A stretch of DNA of 64,000 bases. It comes from Elusimicrobiota bacterium (GTDB lineage: Bacteria; Elusimicrobiota; Elusimicrobia; Elusimicrobiales; UBA9959). Shown here in pieces: positions 20,155 to 28,942 of the stretch. The first letter of the stretch is position 1. Each line of letters begins with the position of its first letter. The position numbers and the translations under genes are program-made. The stretch covers positions 1 to 64,000 of the forward strand of contig JAINCQ010000009.1 of assembly GCA_036574205.1 (NCBI GenBank), given 5' to 3'. The notes below the pieces were generated by a model. It was not told the DNA's origin. It saw nothing but the letters and a program-made list of their open reading frames with translations, and did not search any database.

Positions 20155-20766
20155 TTATATTTTTTTCTTAAAATCAAGAACTCCGTCCACTATGCCATAT
20201 TTAACAGCTTCTTCAGCAGACATATAAAAATTTCTTTCAGTGTCCTGTCTGATCCTCTCCTCAGTTTGCCCTGTATGTTTTGCAAGTATCTTTATTAATC
20301 TTGCTTTTGTTTCCTGCATCTCTTTGTTTTCTATATCTATATCTGTTGCCTGTCCAGATATACCTCCCCCCCATATTAGAGGTTGGTGTATCATTATTCT
20401 TGAATTTGGCAAAGCAAATCTCTTTCCTTTAGTGCCGGCGGCGAGCAAAAGCGCTCCAAAAGACATTGCCATACCCATACAGATTGTGGTAATAGGAGCT
20501 TTTATAAATTGCATGGTATCATAAACAGCAAGGCCGGCGGTAACCATTCCTCCGGGAGAGTTGATATAAAGGTTTATATCCTTTTCAGAATCCTCTGCTT
20601 CAAGATAAAGCAACTGAGCTATAAGATTATTCGCTGAAGCTGTAGATATAGCCCCTTCTGGATCTCCGACAAAGATTATACGATCTTTCAATAATCTGGA
20701 AAATATATCATAACCAACCATTGCCCCCTGTCCTTTCCAGGTTTCTATAATTGTAGGTATTATCAT
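20155..20766 (-). CDS. clpP: ATP-dependent Clp protease proteolytic subunit
   Basis: [36 protein letters not shown]. Confidence 0.97.
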   Translation of the reverse strand: MIIPTIIETWKGQGAMVGYDIFSRLLKDRIIFVGDPEGAISTASANNLIAQLLYLEAEDSEKDINLYINSPGGMVTAGLAVYDTMQFIKAPITTICMGMAMSFGALLLAAGTKGKRFALPNSRIMIHQPLIWGGGISGQATDIDIENKEMQETKARLIKILAKHTGQTEERIRQDTERNFYMSAEEAVKYGIVDGVLDFKKKI

Positions 20767-20781
20767 ATCTCCTCCTCAGGT

Positions 20782-22035
20782 TTATTTTTTATCTATTATA
20801 TTTATTTTTGACTTAATAAATTCAAAGGTTTTATTTTCTTTTATTGAAGCCATTATATAATCCTTTCTCTGACTAAACATCTCTTTAGCTTTATTTTTCT
20901 CTTCTTCTGTTTTTAAGTCTTTCAAAACTCTGTCAAGCTCTCTATAAAAATCATCATCAGTAACATTTATATTCTCCTTCTTAGCTATTGCATGAAGTAG
21001 ATAAGTTATTCTAAGATTTCTTTCGGCTATCGGTCTTATCTTATCCTCATAATCTTTTAATTCAAGCTTCTCGTCAGGCGGAATATTTGACCTTTTTTTA
21101 AGCAGTTCAAATAATTCTTCTACCTCTTGTTTTACGAGAGTTGGAGGAAGAGGAAAATTGTTTTTGCTTATAATATGATTTTCTATACTTTCTATAAGTT
21201 TTTTTTCAGATTTCTGTTCCTCTTCTTTTTCAAGCATTTTTTTAATCTGATCTCTTAAATCAGTGATATCTTTTGCTCCAAGATGCTTTATAAAATTTTC
21301 ATCCATTTCAGGAATTACCTTTTCCTTAATTTCATTTATTTTAACAGATATCTTCATTTTTTTCCCGTCAAACTCAGTTTCAAATTCTTTAATTTCGCCT
21401 TTTTTAGCGCCCAAAACAGCCTCTTCAAAACCAATCATTTTTTGCGGATTTGACATATCAACAATCTCATTTTTCAACTCATTTACTTTATTTCCGTTTT
21501 CATAAATCTCATAATCAACAGACAAATAGTGGTTTTTTGAAACCGTAGCATCCTCAACAGGTTTAAGATATGCATTATACTCCCTTATCAAATTAATCTG
21601 ATTATCAATATCCTCATCGGTTATCTTTTTAATTTCTCTTTCCACATTAAATCCAGTATATTCTTTTGGCTCAAACTTCGGGGTCTGTTCTATATAAAGA
21701 TTAAAAGACATCCTCCTCAATTTTCCATCAAATTTTGAATCAAAGATAGCTGGTGGAATAACTGGAAATACCTTCTCACTTTCAAAAATCTCATCAAGTA
21801 CTTCTCTTGCCGCAACTTCTCTCATCTCTGAAACAACAGCATCATAAAAATGTTTTTTTACAATATCAAGTGGAACTTTTCCTTTTCTAAAACCCGGATA
21901 AATAACCTCTGACTGAACCCGTATAAGAGCCTTCTCCTCAACACTTGAAAAATTATCCCCACCAATATTTATTTCATAAGTAAGGCAACATCCATCTTCC
22001 TTAATTTTTTTATATACTTCTTTTACATTTTTCAC
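20782..22035 (-). CDS. tig: Trigger factor
   Basis: PGFRKGKVP signature and FKBP-like region. True start is GTG 22035 after GGAGG; the ORF-track extension runs through tRNA-Leu. Confidence 0.93.
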   Translation of the reverse strand: MKNVKEVYKKIKEDGCCLTYEINIGGDNFSSVEEKALIRVQSEVIYPGFRKGKVPLDIVKKHFYDAVVSEMREVAAREVLDEIFESEKVFPVIPPAIFDSKFDGKLRRMSFNLYIEQTPKFEPKEYTGFNVEREIKKITDEDIDNQINLIREYNAYLKPVEDATVSKNHYLSVDYEIYENGNKVNELKNEIVDMSNPQKMIGFEEAVLGAKKGEIKEFETEFDGKKMKISVKINEIKEKVIPEMDENFIKHLGAKDITDLRDQIKKMLEKEEEQKSEKKLIESIENHIISKNNFPLPPTLVKQEVEELFELLKKRSNIPPDEKLELKDYEDKIRPIAERNLRITYLLHAIAKKENINVTDDDFYRELDRVLKDLKTEEEKNKAKEMFSQRKDYIMASIKENKTFEFIKSKINIIDKK

Positions 22036-22068
22036 AAAGCCTCCCGATTTACTTTCAATCTCCTTATC

Positions 22069-22152
22069 TGCCGGGACGGAGACTCGAACTCCGACAGGTT
22101 TGACCCTACATGGTCCTAAGCCATGCGCGTCTACCAATTCCGCCATCCCGGC
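22069..22152 (-). tRNA. tRNA-Leu(TAG)
   Basis: GCCGGGA/TCCCGGC acceptor, CATGG-CTTAGGA-CCATG anticodon arm, long variable arm, CGGAG-TTCGAGT-CTCCG T arm; no encoded CCA. Confidence 0.96.
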
Positions 22153-22394
22153 GATATATTTTATTTTAGCATTTTTTTAGATTTCAGGATTTCAATATTT
22201 TTATATAAAGCTTAAAAACTTTTTTTTCATTACTTAATCTGACTTTTCAAAGATTTTGCTTTAAATTAACCTTTTTCCCAAAAAACAATTATCCACAGTT
22301 TAATTATGGCCGTGGAAAATTAGTGGATGTTGTTTTGAAAGAAAATACCATCAACTGACTCCCGGTCAATCCGCTATCTTCCTGCTACATAAAT

Positions 22395-22517
22395 CTCCCT
22401 CTCCTTTTTTGGAGAGGGTTAGGGTGAGGAAATTTAAGGGAGAGGAAAATAAGTGTCAGCAAGGGGATTTTATTTTTCACCCTCATCCTTCACCTTCCCC
22501 CATCAAGGGGGAAGGGA
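22395..22517. repeat. Inverted pair of REP-like purine/pyrimidine-asymmetric hairpin repeats
   Basis: CCCTCTCC-N6-GGAGAGGG-TTAGGGTGAGG (22397-22429) and inverted CCCTCATCCTTCA-CCTTCCCCC-N5-GGGGGAAGG (22480-22515). Confidence 0.7.
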
Positions 22518-22531
22518 TTTTAATGATGGGA

Positions 22532-22670
22532 AGGACTCGGTTACAAATAAATTTTGCTCACCGCAAAATTTTTCTCAAACCCTTCCCCTTGCAAAACTGT
22601 AAGCCCAGGTTTTGCTGCGGGCTTTCGAGTCCAGACGCAACAGCTTACCGCTGTTGCTTAGAAAAGCAAG
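22532..22670. other. Multi-hairpin element 3' of tRNA-Lys bounded by T-arm-like inverted repeats
   Basis: GGACTCG (22533) ... CGAGTCC (22632), internal stems, plus GCAACAGC-N5-GCTGTTGC. Confidence 0.5.
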
Positions 22671-22742
22671 TGGGCCATACAGGACTCGAACCTGTAACCT
22701 TGCGCTTAAGAGGCGCCTGCTCTACCATTGAGCTAATGGCCC
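22671..22742 (-). tRNA. tRNA-Lys(CTT)
   Basis: GGGCCAT/ATGGCCC acceptor, GCTC/GAGC D stem, GCGC-CTCTTAA-GCGC anticodon arm, ACAGG-TTCGAGT-CCTGT T arm; no encoded CCA. Confidence 0.96.
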
Positions 22743-22753
22743 GGGGAGAATTA

Positions 22754-23935
22754 TTATTTTACCAAATTTTCTGATTCTAAATAACATTTTTCAGGTTCTA
22801 TAAAAGCACAAAACGCCTGAGGAGTAAGCGTCTCCCAGGAATAGCGGGATGCAGGATTCCATAAAATCCAGCTATTTAGATAATTGTTTTTCACTGCTAT
22901 TATCTGCGCTCTTACATCAAAAGGTGTGTATTTTACTTTCAGGCTAAAATCCTGAAGATATGGAATAATTTTATAATAATTGCTTCCAACTTTGTTCATT
23001 GCCTGTTTAAGACCTCTGTTTATGACTTTATAAGGATTTGATTCTGGATCTTCAAGATTATACTCGCCGGGATAGTAATGAGAAGGATACATCATCGGAT
23101 AGACATAATCAAAATTTTCTGCTATCATTTTAAGATTTTGACCAATTCCCATACTTGAGTTTGTTGTAAGCCCAAAAACATCAACTGATATTTTTACATT
23201 ATATTTTGAAAGCCTTTTTCTGGCATAATTTAAAAAATCAATAAGATTTTTTTCAGCATTTTCTTTGTTGTGTAATGCTGAATATCTACATAATTTTGTG
23301 TTTCCTTCAGTCGGATATCTTACATAATCAAATTGTATTTCATCAAAGCCATATTCAGCAGCCTTTTCAGCAACATCTATTATATATTCCCAAACATTTT
23401 TGTTATAAGGATCTACCCATGTATCGCCATTTTTAGATTTCCATATCCCTCCATTAATATTTTGAACAGAAAATTCAGGTATTGTTTTTGGTATTATATT
23501 ATCGTGAAAACACACAATCCTTGCAATTTTATATAAATTGAGAGCTTTAAAATCATCTAACATCTTTTTGGGTTCGGATATTGCCGGAGTATAAGTTTTA
23601 TACTTTATTGCTTTTTCAATACCGGGGATATAAACCTCACCATTTTTTTCCTTTACTGCTACAACTACTGTATTGATTACAGAGTTTTTTATCTTTTCAA
23701 TTATATCAGCTCTTTTCCTTGAATCCCCAGCAACCCATGAAGTCAGGTGAATTCCCCTTACAACTGGATTTTTATTTATTCTCTCTTTAATCAAAATTAT
23801 TTCAGTAGATGAAAGTTTAATCTCCCATAAAGATTCTGGAAGATTGTATTTAACGACTTTGTTATTTTTGGGATAAACAAAACTTGATAATAAAAATATG
23901 CATAAAAGGAAAAAAGAAAATTTTATACTCATCAT
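22754..23935 (-). CDS. Putative glycoside hydrolase (DUF4015-like TIM barrel), exported
   Basis: VRGIHLT, IARIVCFHD, WVDPY, GFDEIQFDYVRYP, PMMYPSHY, PYLQDF, WNP. Start uncertain (23932-23956). Confidence 0.85.
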   Translation of the reverse strand: MMSIKFSFFLLCIFLLSSFVYPKNNKVVKYNLPESLWEIKLSSTEIILIKERINKNPVVRGIHLTSWVAGDSRKRADIIEKIKNSVINTVVVAVKEKNGEVYIPGIEKAIKYKTYTPAISEPKKMLDDFKALNLYKIARIVCFHDNIIPKTIPEFSVQNINGGIWKSKNGDTWVDPYNKNVWEYIIDVAEKAAEYGFDEIQFDYVRYPTEGNTKLCRYSALHNKENAEKNLIDFLNYARKRLSKYNVKISVDVFGLTTNSSMGIGQNLKMIAENFDYVYPMMYPSHYYPGEYNLEDPESNPYKVINRGLKQAMNKVGSNYYKIIPYLQDFSLKVKYTPFDVRAQIIAVKNNYLNSWILWNPASRYSWETLTPQAFCAFIEPEKCYLESENLVK

Positions 23936-23973
23936 CACAAAATTATATTCTATCATTTTTGTATAATAGATTG

Positions 23974-26472
23974 ATGAAACTATTTAATAAAATTCTGTTT
24001 TTCTTTCTATCTCTAACCCTCATCTGGCAGGATATTTTCTATGGGGCGGATAACTCCATAGAAAAGGAGAATTTTATGGAGAAAAAACTGATTGTTCATT
24101 ATAAAAGGATAAATGATGACTATCAAGGATGGAGTTTATGGGTATGGAATAAAACTGATAATAAAGAAGGATTTGAAGTAAAACAATCAACAATAGATAG
24201 TTTTGGGATAATCTTTGAAATTAATACCACCACCGGACTTGAGTTTAAAGAGATAGGAATCTTACCAAAGTTTAGAAATTGGGAGAATAAAGAACCATTT
24301 GATAGATTTTTTTATTATAATGGTCAAAAAGAGATTTATGTAGTAGAAGGCGATAAGGAAATATATACATCCTTAGATGAAATAATTATATCAACAAAAA
24401 TATTACAGGTTTTATATGATGAGCCAAATATAATCAGAATAGTTTCAAATAGAAGTCTTTTATATGATGACCCATCAACATTTAAAATAAAAAATAAGGA
24501 AACCGGTAAAATAATAGTGCCACTAAGAATAACAAAAAGACAATTGAATGTTACATATCTTGATATAGAAACACTTAATATTGAAGATGTGAGATCTGGA
24601 AATTACTTTTTAGTTTTAGATAATAAAGAATTTTTAATTGAAGTTGGTGAAGTTTCATCTGTTAAAGCAGATTCAAAGATTTTAGGAGAAATATATCAAG
24701 AAGATAAAATAAAACTAAGAGTCTTTTCAACAGCAAAGGAGTTAAATATTATCCTTAAAAAAGAAGAAAATAGCAAAGAAATTATTATTCCTTTCAATTA
24801 TACTGATAACTTTATATGGGAGATAGATCTTTCAACCTCATATTACAACTATCTTTATAGATATGAGGCTATATACCCCACTAAAAAACTTTATGGCATA
24901 GATCCTTATGCTAAGCTTACATATGATAACAACAAATGGGCAATACTATCAGATGATAAAACTAAAACAATTGAAGGTCCAGTTTTTGATATTTCACAAA
25001 CGATAATATATGAGATAAGCATAAGGGATTTTACAATAGATGAAAACTCAGGAGTAAAAAATAGAGGAAAATACCTGGGGCTTGTTGAGGAAAATACAAC
25101 TATTCCACAATCAAAAGAAATATTAACAGGAATATCTCATATGAAAGAGCTTGGAGTTAACGCTGTTCAAATTATGCCTTTTTATGATTTTGAAAAAGAT
25201 GAAAACTCAAACGACTATGACTGGGGATATATGCCGGTAAGCTTCAATTCTCCTGATGGATGGTTTTCGGTAAACAAAAAAGAAAAGATAAGAGAAGTAA
25301 AAGAAATGATAAATGCTTTTCATAAAAATCAAATAAAGGTGATAATGGATGTGGTTTATAATCATACCGCTGAAACTAAGGATAAACTCTATAACTTTAA
25401 TGCAATTGCTTATGATTATTACTATAGGAAAAAACCTGATAATACTTATTATAACGGCTCAGGATGTGGAAATGAATTTAAAACAGAATCTGAATATGGA
25501 AGAAAGTTTTTGCTTGATAGCCTTAAATATTGGGTTAAGGAGTATAAAATTGATGGTTTCAGGTTTGATTTAATGGGTTTAATTGATATTGGAACCGTTG
25601 AGAAAATAATAAAAGAGTTAAGAGAAATAAAACCAGATATAATAATCTATGGTGAACCATGGCATGCTGGAGGAACACCTGTTAAAGGAGTAGAAAAAGG
25701 GAGTCAGAAAAATAGAGGATTTGCTGTGTTTAATGATGATTTAAGGGATGCTTTAAAAGGAAATGTATTTAATATTAACGATCAGGGATATGTTCAATCT
25801 GGAAGTTATAGAGACAAAGTTATGAAAGGTATAAGAGGAAGCATAGAGTCGTTTGCCGAATCCCCGCTTGAGACGATAAACTATGTAAGCTGTCATGATA
25901 ATCATACTCTTTTTGATAGATTATCTTTCTCAAATTCAGGATCTGATATAAATACAATAATTAAACAGGATAAACTTGCTCAGGCAATTATATTCGTTTC
26001 TCAAGGAATTCCATTTATTCACTCAGGTGAAGAATTTTTAAGGACAAAAAAAGGGAATGAAAATTCATACAACGCAGGAGATGATATAAACAAAATAGAA
26101 TGGAAAAGAAAAAAAGATTTTTATGATGTATTTACTTATTACAGAGATCTAATAAAACTCAGAAAAGAGCATCCAGCTTTTAGAATGAAAACCAAAAAAG
26201 AGGTGATGGAAAACATAAAATTTTATGAAGAACTTGGGATTAAAATAAAAGAACCCCAGATAGCATTTATTATAGATGGAAAAGAAGTTAACGATAGCTG
26301 GAATAAAATTCTGATACTCATAAATCCTGAAAAAAAGCCTGTATCTTTTGTTTTACCGGAAGGGAACTGGATGTTAGAATTTGATGGAAATGGCTCTGTA
26401 AAAGACGCTAAAAAATTTTCCAAAGAAATTTCTCTCCCTCCAATTTCGCTTTATATTTTTTCGAAAAACTAA
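23974..26472 (+). CDS. pulA: Type I pullulanase (CBM41-like + GH13)
   Basis: VHYKR..DYQGWSLWVW, YDWGYMP, DVVYNH, DGFRFDLMG, YGEPW, CHDNHTL, NSYNA. Signal peptide begins at ATG 23974. Confidence 0.92.
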   Translation: MKLFNKILFFFLSLTLIWQDIFYGADNSIEKENFMEKKLIVHYKRINDDYQGWSLWVWNKTDNKEGFEVKQSTIDSFGIIFEINTTTGLEFKEIGILPKFRNWENKEPFDRFFYYNGQKEIYVVEGDKEIYTSLDEIIISTKILQVLYDEPNIIRIVSNRSLLYDDPSTFKIKNKETGKIIVPLRITKRQLNVTYLDIETLNIEDVRSGNYFLVLDNKEFLIEVGEVSSVKADSKILGEIYQEDKIKLRVFSTAKELNIILKKEENSKEIIIPFNYTDNFIWEIDLSTSYYNYLYRYEAIYPTKKLYGIDPYAKLTYDNNKWAILSDDKTKTIEGPVFDISQTIIYEISIRDFTIDENSGVKNRGKYLGLVEENTTIPQSKEILTGISHMKELGVNAVQIMPFYDFEKDENSNDYDWGYMPVSFNSPDGWFSVNKKEKIREVKEMINAFHKNQIKVIMDVVYNHTAETKDKLYNFNAIAYDYYYRKKPDNTYYNGSGCGNEFKTESEYGRKFLLDSLKYWVKEYKIDGFRFDLMGLIDIGTVEKIIKELREIKPDIIIYGEPWHAGGTPVKGVEKGSQKNRGFAVFNDDLRDALKGNVFNINDQGYVQSGSYRDKVMKGIRGSIESFAESPLETINYVSCHDNHTLFDRLSFSNSGSDINTIIKQDKLAQAIIFVSQGIPFIHSGEEFLRTKKGNENSYNAGDDINKIEWKRKKDFYDVFTYYRDLIKLRKEHPAFRMKTKKEVMENIKFYEELGIKIKEPQIAFIIDGKEVNDSWNKILILINPEKKPVSFVLPEGNWMLEFDGNGSVKDAKKFSKEISLPPISLYIFSKN

Positions 26473-26530
26473 AAGATACAGTGGATTAAAAGAATAAAAC
26501 TAAAATAAAGTTTTACAATCTTAAAAACAC

Positions 26531-27862
26531 TTAAAAAGCAAGAACTTCTTTAAGCTCCGGTTTTTTATCTATTTGTTTTTTGATGTTTGCTTCTCTTATT
26601 GGGTTTTTATAATCTTTTGATTGGAACTCATAAGTAAAATTGGTATGCACATCATATCTTCCTTCTAAAAGAGCTATTGTATCTTCAACAAAAACCCTCT
26701 CTTCATCAGTAGGTATAACAAAAATCTTTACCTTTGAATTATCCGCTGATATAATAGTTTCTGCGTTTCTTGTTTTTGAAATAAAATTTCTCTCTTTATC
26801 TATTATTATTCCTAATTCCTCAAGCCCTTCGCATGCCTTCTGCCTTGTAATGGGACCCATTTCTCCCACACCTGCGGTAAAAACTATAGCATCCACTTTA
26901 CCAAGTGAGGCATAATAAGCACCTATATATTTTTTTATTCTGTATGATTCTATCTCTATTGCAATCTTTGCTCTCTCATCTCCATTTTCCGCCGCAATTT
27001 CTATATCTCTTCTATCCACATACTTGCCGGTTATTCCAAGCACTCCGGATTTTTTATTTAATAAATTATCCATCTCCTTTGGGGTTAGATTCTCTTTCTG
27101 CATTACAAAAAGACCTATAGCAGGATCATGATCCCCCGCTCTTGTACCCATAACAAGACCCTCAAGAGGTGTAAAACCCATTGAGGTATCATAAGAACAA
27201 CCATCTTTTACAGCATTAATTGACGCCCCATTTCCTATATGCGCTATTATAAGATTTGTTTTAAAAGGATCTTTTCCAAGTAAAACACTGGCTCTTTTTG
27301 CAGTATATAAAAAAGAAGTTCCATGAAAGCCATATCTTCTTATGCCATATTTTTCATACCATTCATACGGAAGGGCATAGAGATATGAGTGTTTTGGCAT
27401 TGTCTGATGCCATGCTGTATCCATAATAGCGGTATGTGTAATATCAGGTAAAATTTCCATAGCTGCTTCAATTCCCATAACATTCGGTGGATTATGTAAG
27501 GGCGCTAAAGAATATAACTCTTTAAATGTTTTAATTACATTATCATCTATAATTACAGATTTTGTGAATTTCTCTCCACCATGAACTACCCTGTGTGCAC
27601 AGGCAATAATTTCTTCAACCTCTTTTATAACCCCTGTTTGAGGATTTTTTAAAGTATTCAAAACTAAATTGAAAGCCTCTTTATGATTTTTAACATCATA
27701 ATTAAATGTCAATTTTTCTCCATTTAAAGGCTCGTAATTGATAAAAGATCCGCCAAAACCAATTCTCTCAACTATACCAGAGGATATAAAGCAATTTTTT
27801 TCTCTATCATAAACAGAAAATTTTAAAGATGAACTTCCACAGTTTATTGTTAATATTTTCAT
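26531..27862 (-). CDS. ackA: Acetate kinase
   Basis: INCGSSSLK, HRVVHGG, APLHNP, RRYGFHGTS, TSMGFTPLEG, VIPTDEE. Confidence 0.97.
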   Translation of the reverse strand: MKILTINCGSSSLKFSVYDREKNCFISSGIVERIGFGGSFINYEPLNGEKLTFNYDVKNHKEAFNLVLNTLKNPQTGVIKEVEEIIACAHRVVHGGEKFTKSVIIDDNVIKTFKELYSLAPLHNPPNVMGIEAAMEILPDITHTAIMDTAWHQTMPKHSYLYALPYEWYEKYGIRRYGFHGTSFLYTAKRASVLLGKDPFKTNLIIAHIGNGASINAVKDGCSYDTSMGFTPLEGLVMGTRAGDHDPAIGLFVMQKENLTPKEMDNLLNKKSGVLGITGKYVDRRDIEIAAENGDERAKIAIEIESYRIKKYIGAYYASLGKVDAIVFTAGVGEMGPITRQKACEGLEELGIIIDKERNFISKTRNAETIISADNSKVKIFVIPTDEERVFVEDTIALLEGRYDVHTNFTYEFQSKDYKNPIREANIKKQIDKKPELKEVLAF

Positions 27863-27984
27863 TTTCTCTCCTTTTTAAGAAAAGAAAAACCTTCTATTTA
27901 TATTATACAAATAAAAATAACTGAAACTGAAAAATTTTAGAACTACACAAATTTTATTTTCTAAAATATAATTAGGAGGTTTAT

Positions 27985-28620
27985 ATGGATGAAAATGTTT
28001 TAAAGGCTGATAGAATTCTGATTGAAAAGGTTAAAGAAGCATTAATAAAAAATGGATTTAGTTGTGAAGTATTTGAAACCAAAGAAGAAGCAAAAGATTT
28101 TTTAGTTAAAAAAATTGGTAAAGGGAAAACAGTTGGATTTGGTGGAACTATGAGTTTAAAGGAGCTTGGAGTAATTGAAGAGATTTCAAAAAATAATAAA
28201 ATTTTTACCCATAAACCTGAGATGAGTTTAGAAGAAAGAAGGAAGGTATGGATAAATGCATTAACCTCTAATTTTTATATTGCTTCACCTCAAGCTATAA
28301 CAAGAGATGGAAAACTTATATTTGTTGATGGAACAGGAAATAGAACAGCGGCAATTAACTGGGGACCAGAGGAATTAATCTTAATAGCAGGTAAAAACAA
28401 AATAACAAAAGACGAAGAAGAAGGCTTATGGAGATCAAGAAATATTTCAGCGATTAGAAACAACATAAGACTTGGCAAAAATAATCCCTGCGTAAAGACT
28501 GGAAAATGTGAAGACTGTAGTTCCAGAGATAGAATCTGCAATATATTAACTGTGTTATGGAAAAAACCAAAGATAGCAAATATAACAGTCATTTTAATAA
28601 ATGAAGAACTTGGATATTAA
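27985..28620 (+). CDS. LUD-domain lactate utilization protein
   Basis: GFGGTMSL, AITRDG.L.FVDGTGNR, GKNKI, PCVKTGKCEDC...RIC, EELGY. Confidence 0.88.
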   Translation: MDENVLKADRILIEKVKEALIKNGFSCEVFETKEEAKDFLVKKIGKGKTVGFGGTMSLKELGVIEEISKNNKIFTHKPEMSLEERRKVWINALTSNFYIASPQAITRDGKLIFVDGTGNRTAAINWGPEELILIAGKNKITKDEEEGLWRSRNISAIRNNIRLGKNNPCVKTGKCEDCSSRDRICNILTVLWKKPKIANITVILINEELGY

Positions 28621-28663
28621 TATATAACTTACAAATTTTTGTATAGTTTATTCAGGAGGATAT

Positions 28664-28930
28664 ATGGAGACATTAATAAATCTTTTATGGGGGATTATTT
28701 TTTCGTTTGCTGGAGCTTTGATAGGAATACTTTTATTTATAAAAATTTCTAAAAAGCTTCCAGTTATATTTGAAAAAATAACACCTAATATAGATGAAGG
28801 AAAAGAGATTATAAGGGGTAATCTTGCTGTCGGAGAATATTTTGGGAAAATAGTTGGAGCTTCAATAATAGGAATTAGCATAATAATAGCCGCAGCGGTT
28901 TTTGCTGGAATTATAGCGGGGCTTCATTAA
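28664..28930 (+). CDS. DUF350-like small membrane protein
   Basis: 88 aa, 2 TM, TPNIDEGKEIIRGNLAVG...GISIIIAAA; AGGAGG RBS. Confidence 0.75.
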   Translation: METLINLLWGIIFSFAGALIGILLFIKISKKLPVIFEKITPNIDEGKEIIRGNLAVGEYFGKIVGASIIGISIIIAAAVFAGIIAGLH

Positions 28931-28942
28931 TAGTTTTTGAAT

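Noticed and set aside
22036..22146. N-terminal extension of trigger factor in the ORF track
   Set aside because: It is a translation of tRNA-Leu; a GGAGG-GTG start at 22035 gives a normal-length Tig.
22289..22330. Perfect DnaA box TTATCCACA plus one near-match next to an AT-rich tract (possible oriC)
   Set aside because: About one perfect match is expected by chance in 64 kb at this composition; there is no dnaA/dnaN nearby and no switch in gene orientation bias.
22409..22774. 121-aa plus-strand ORF
   Set aside because: It runs through the hairpin repeats and antisense to tRNA-Lys; open only because of local GC richness.
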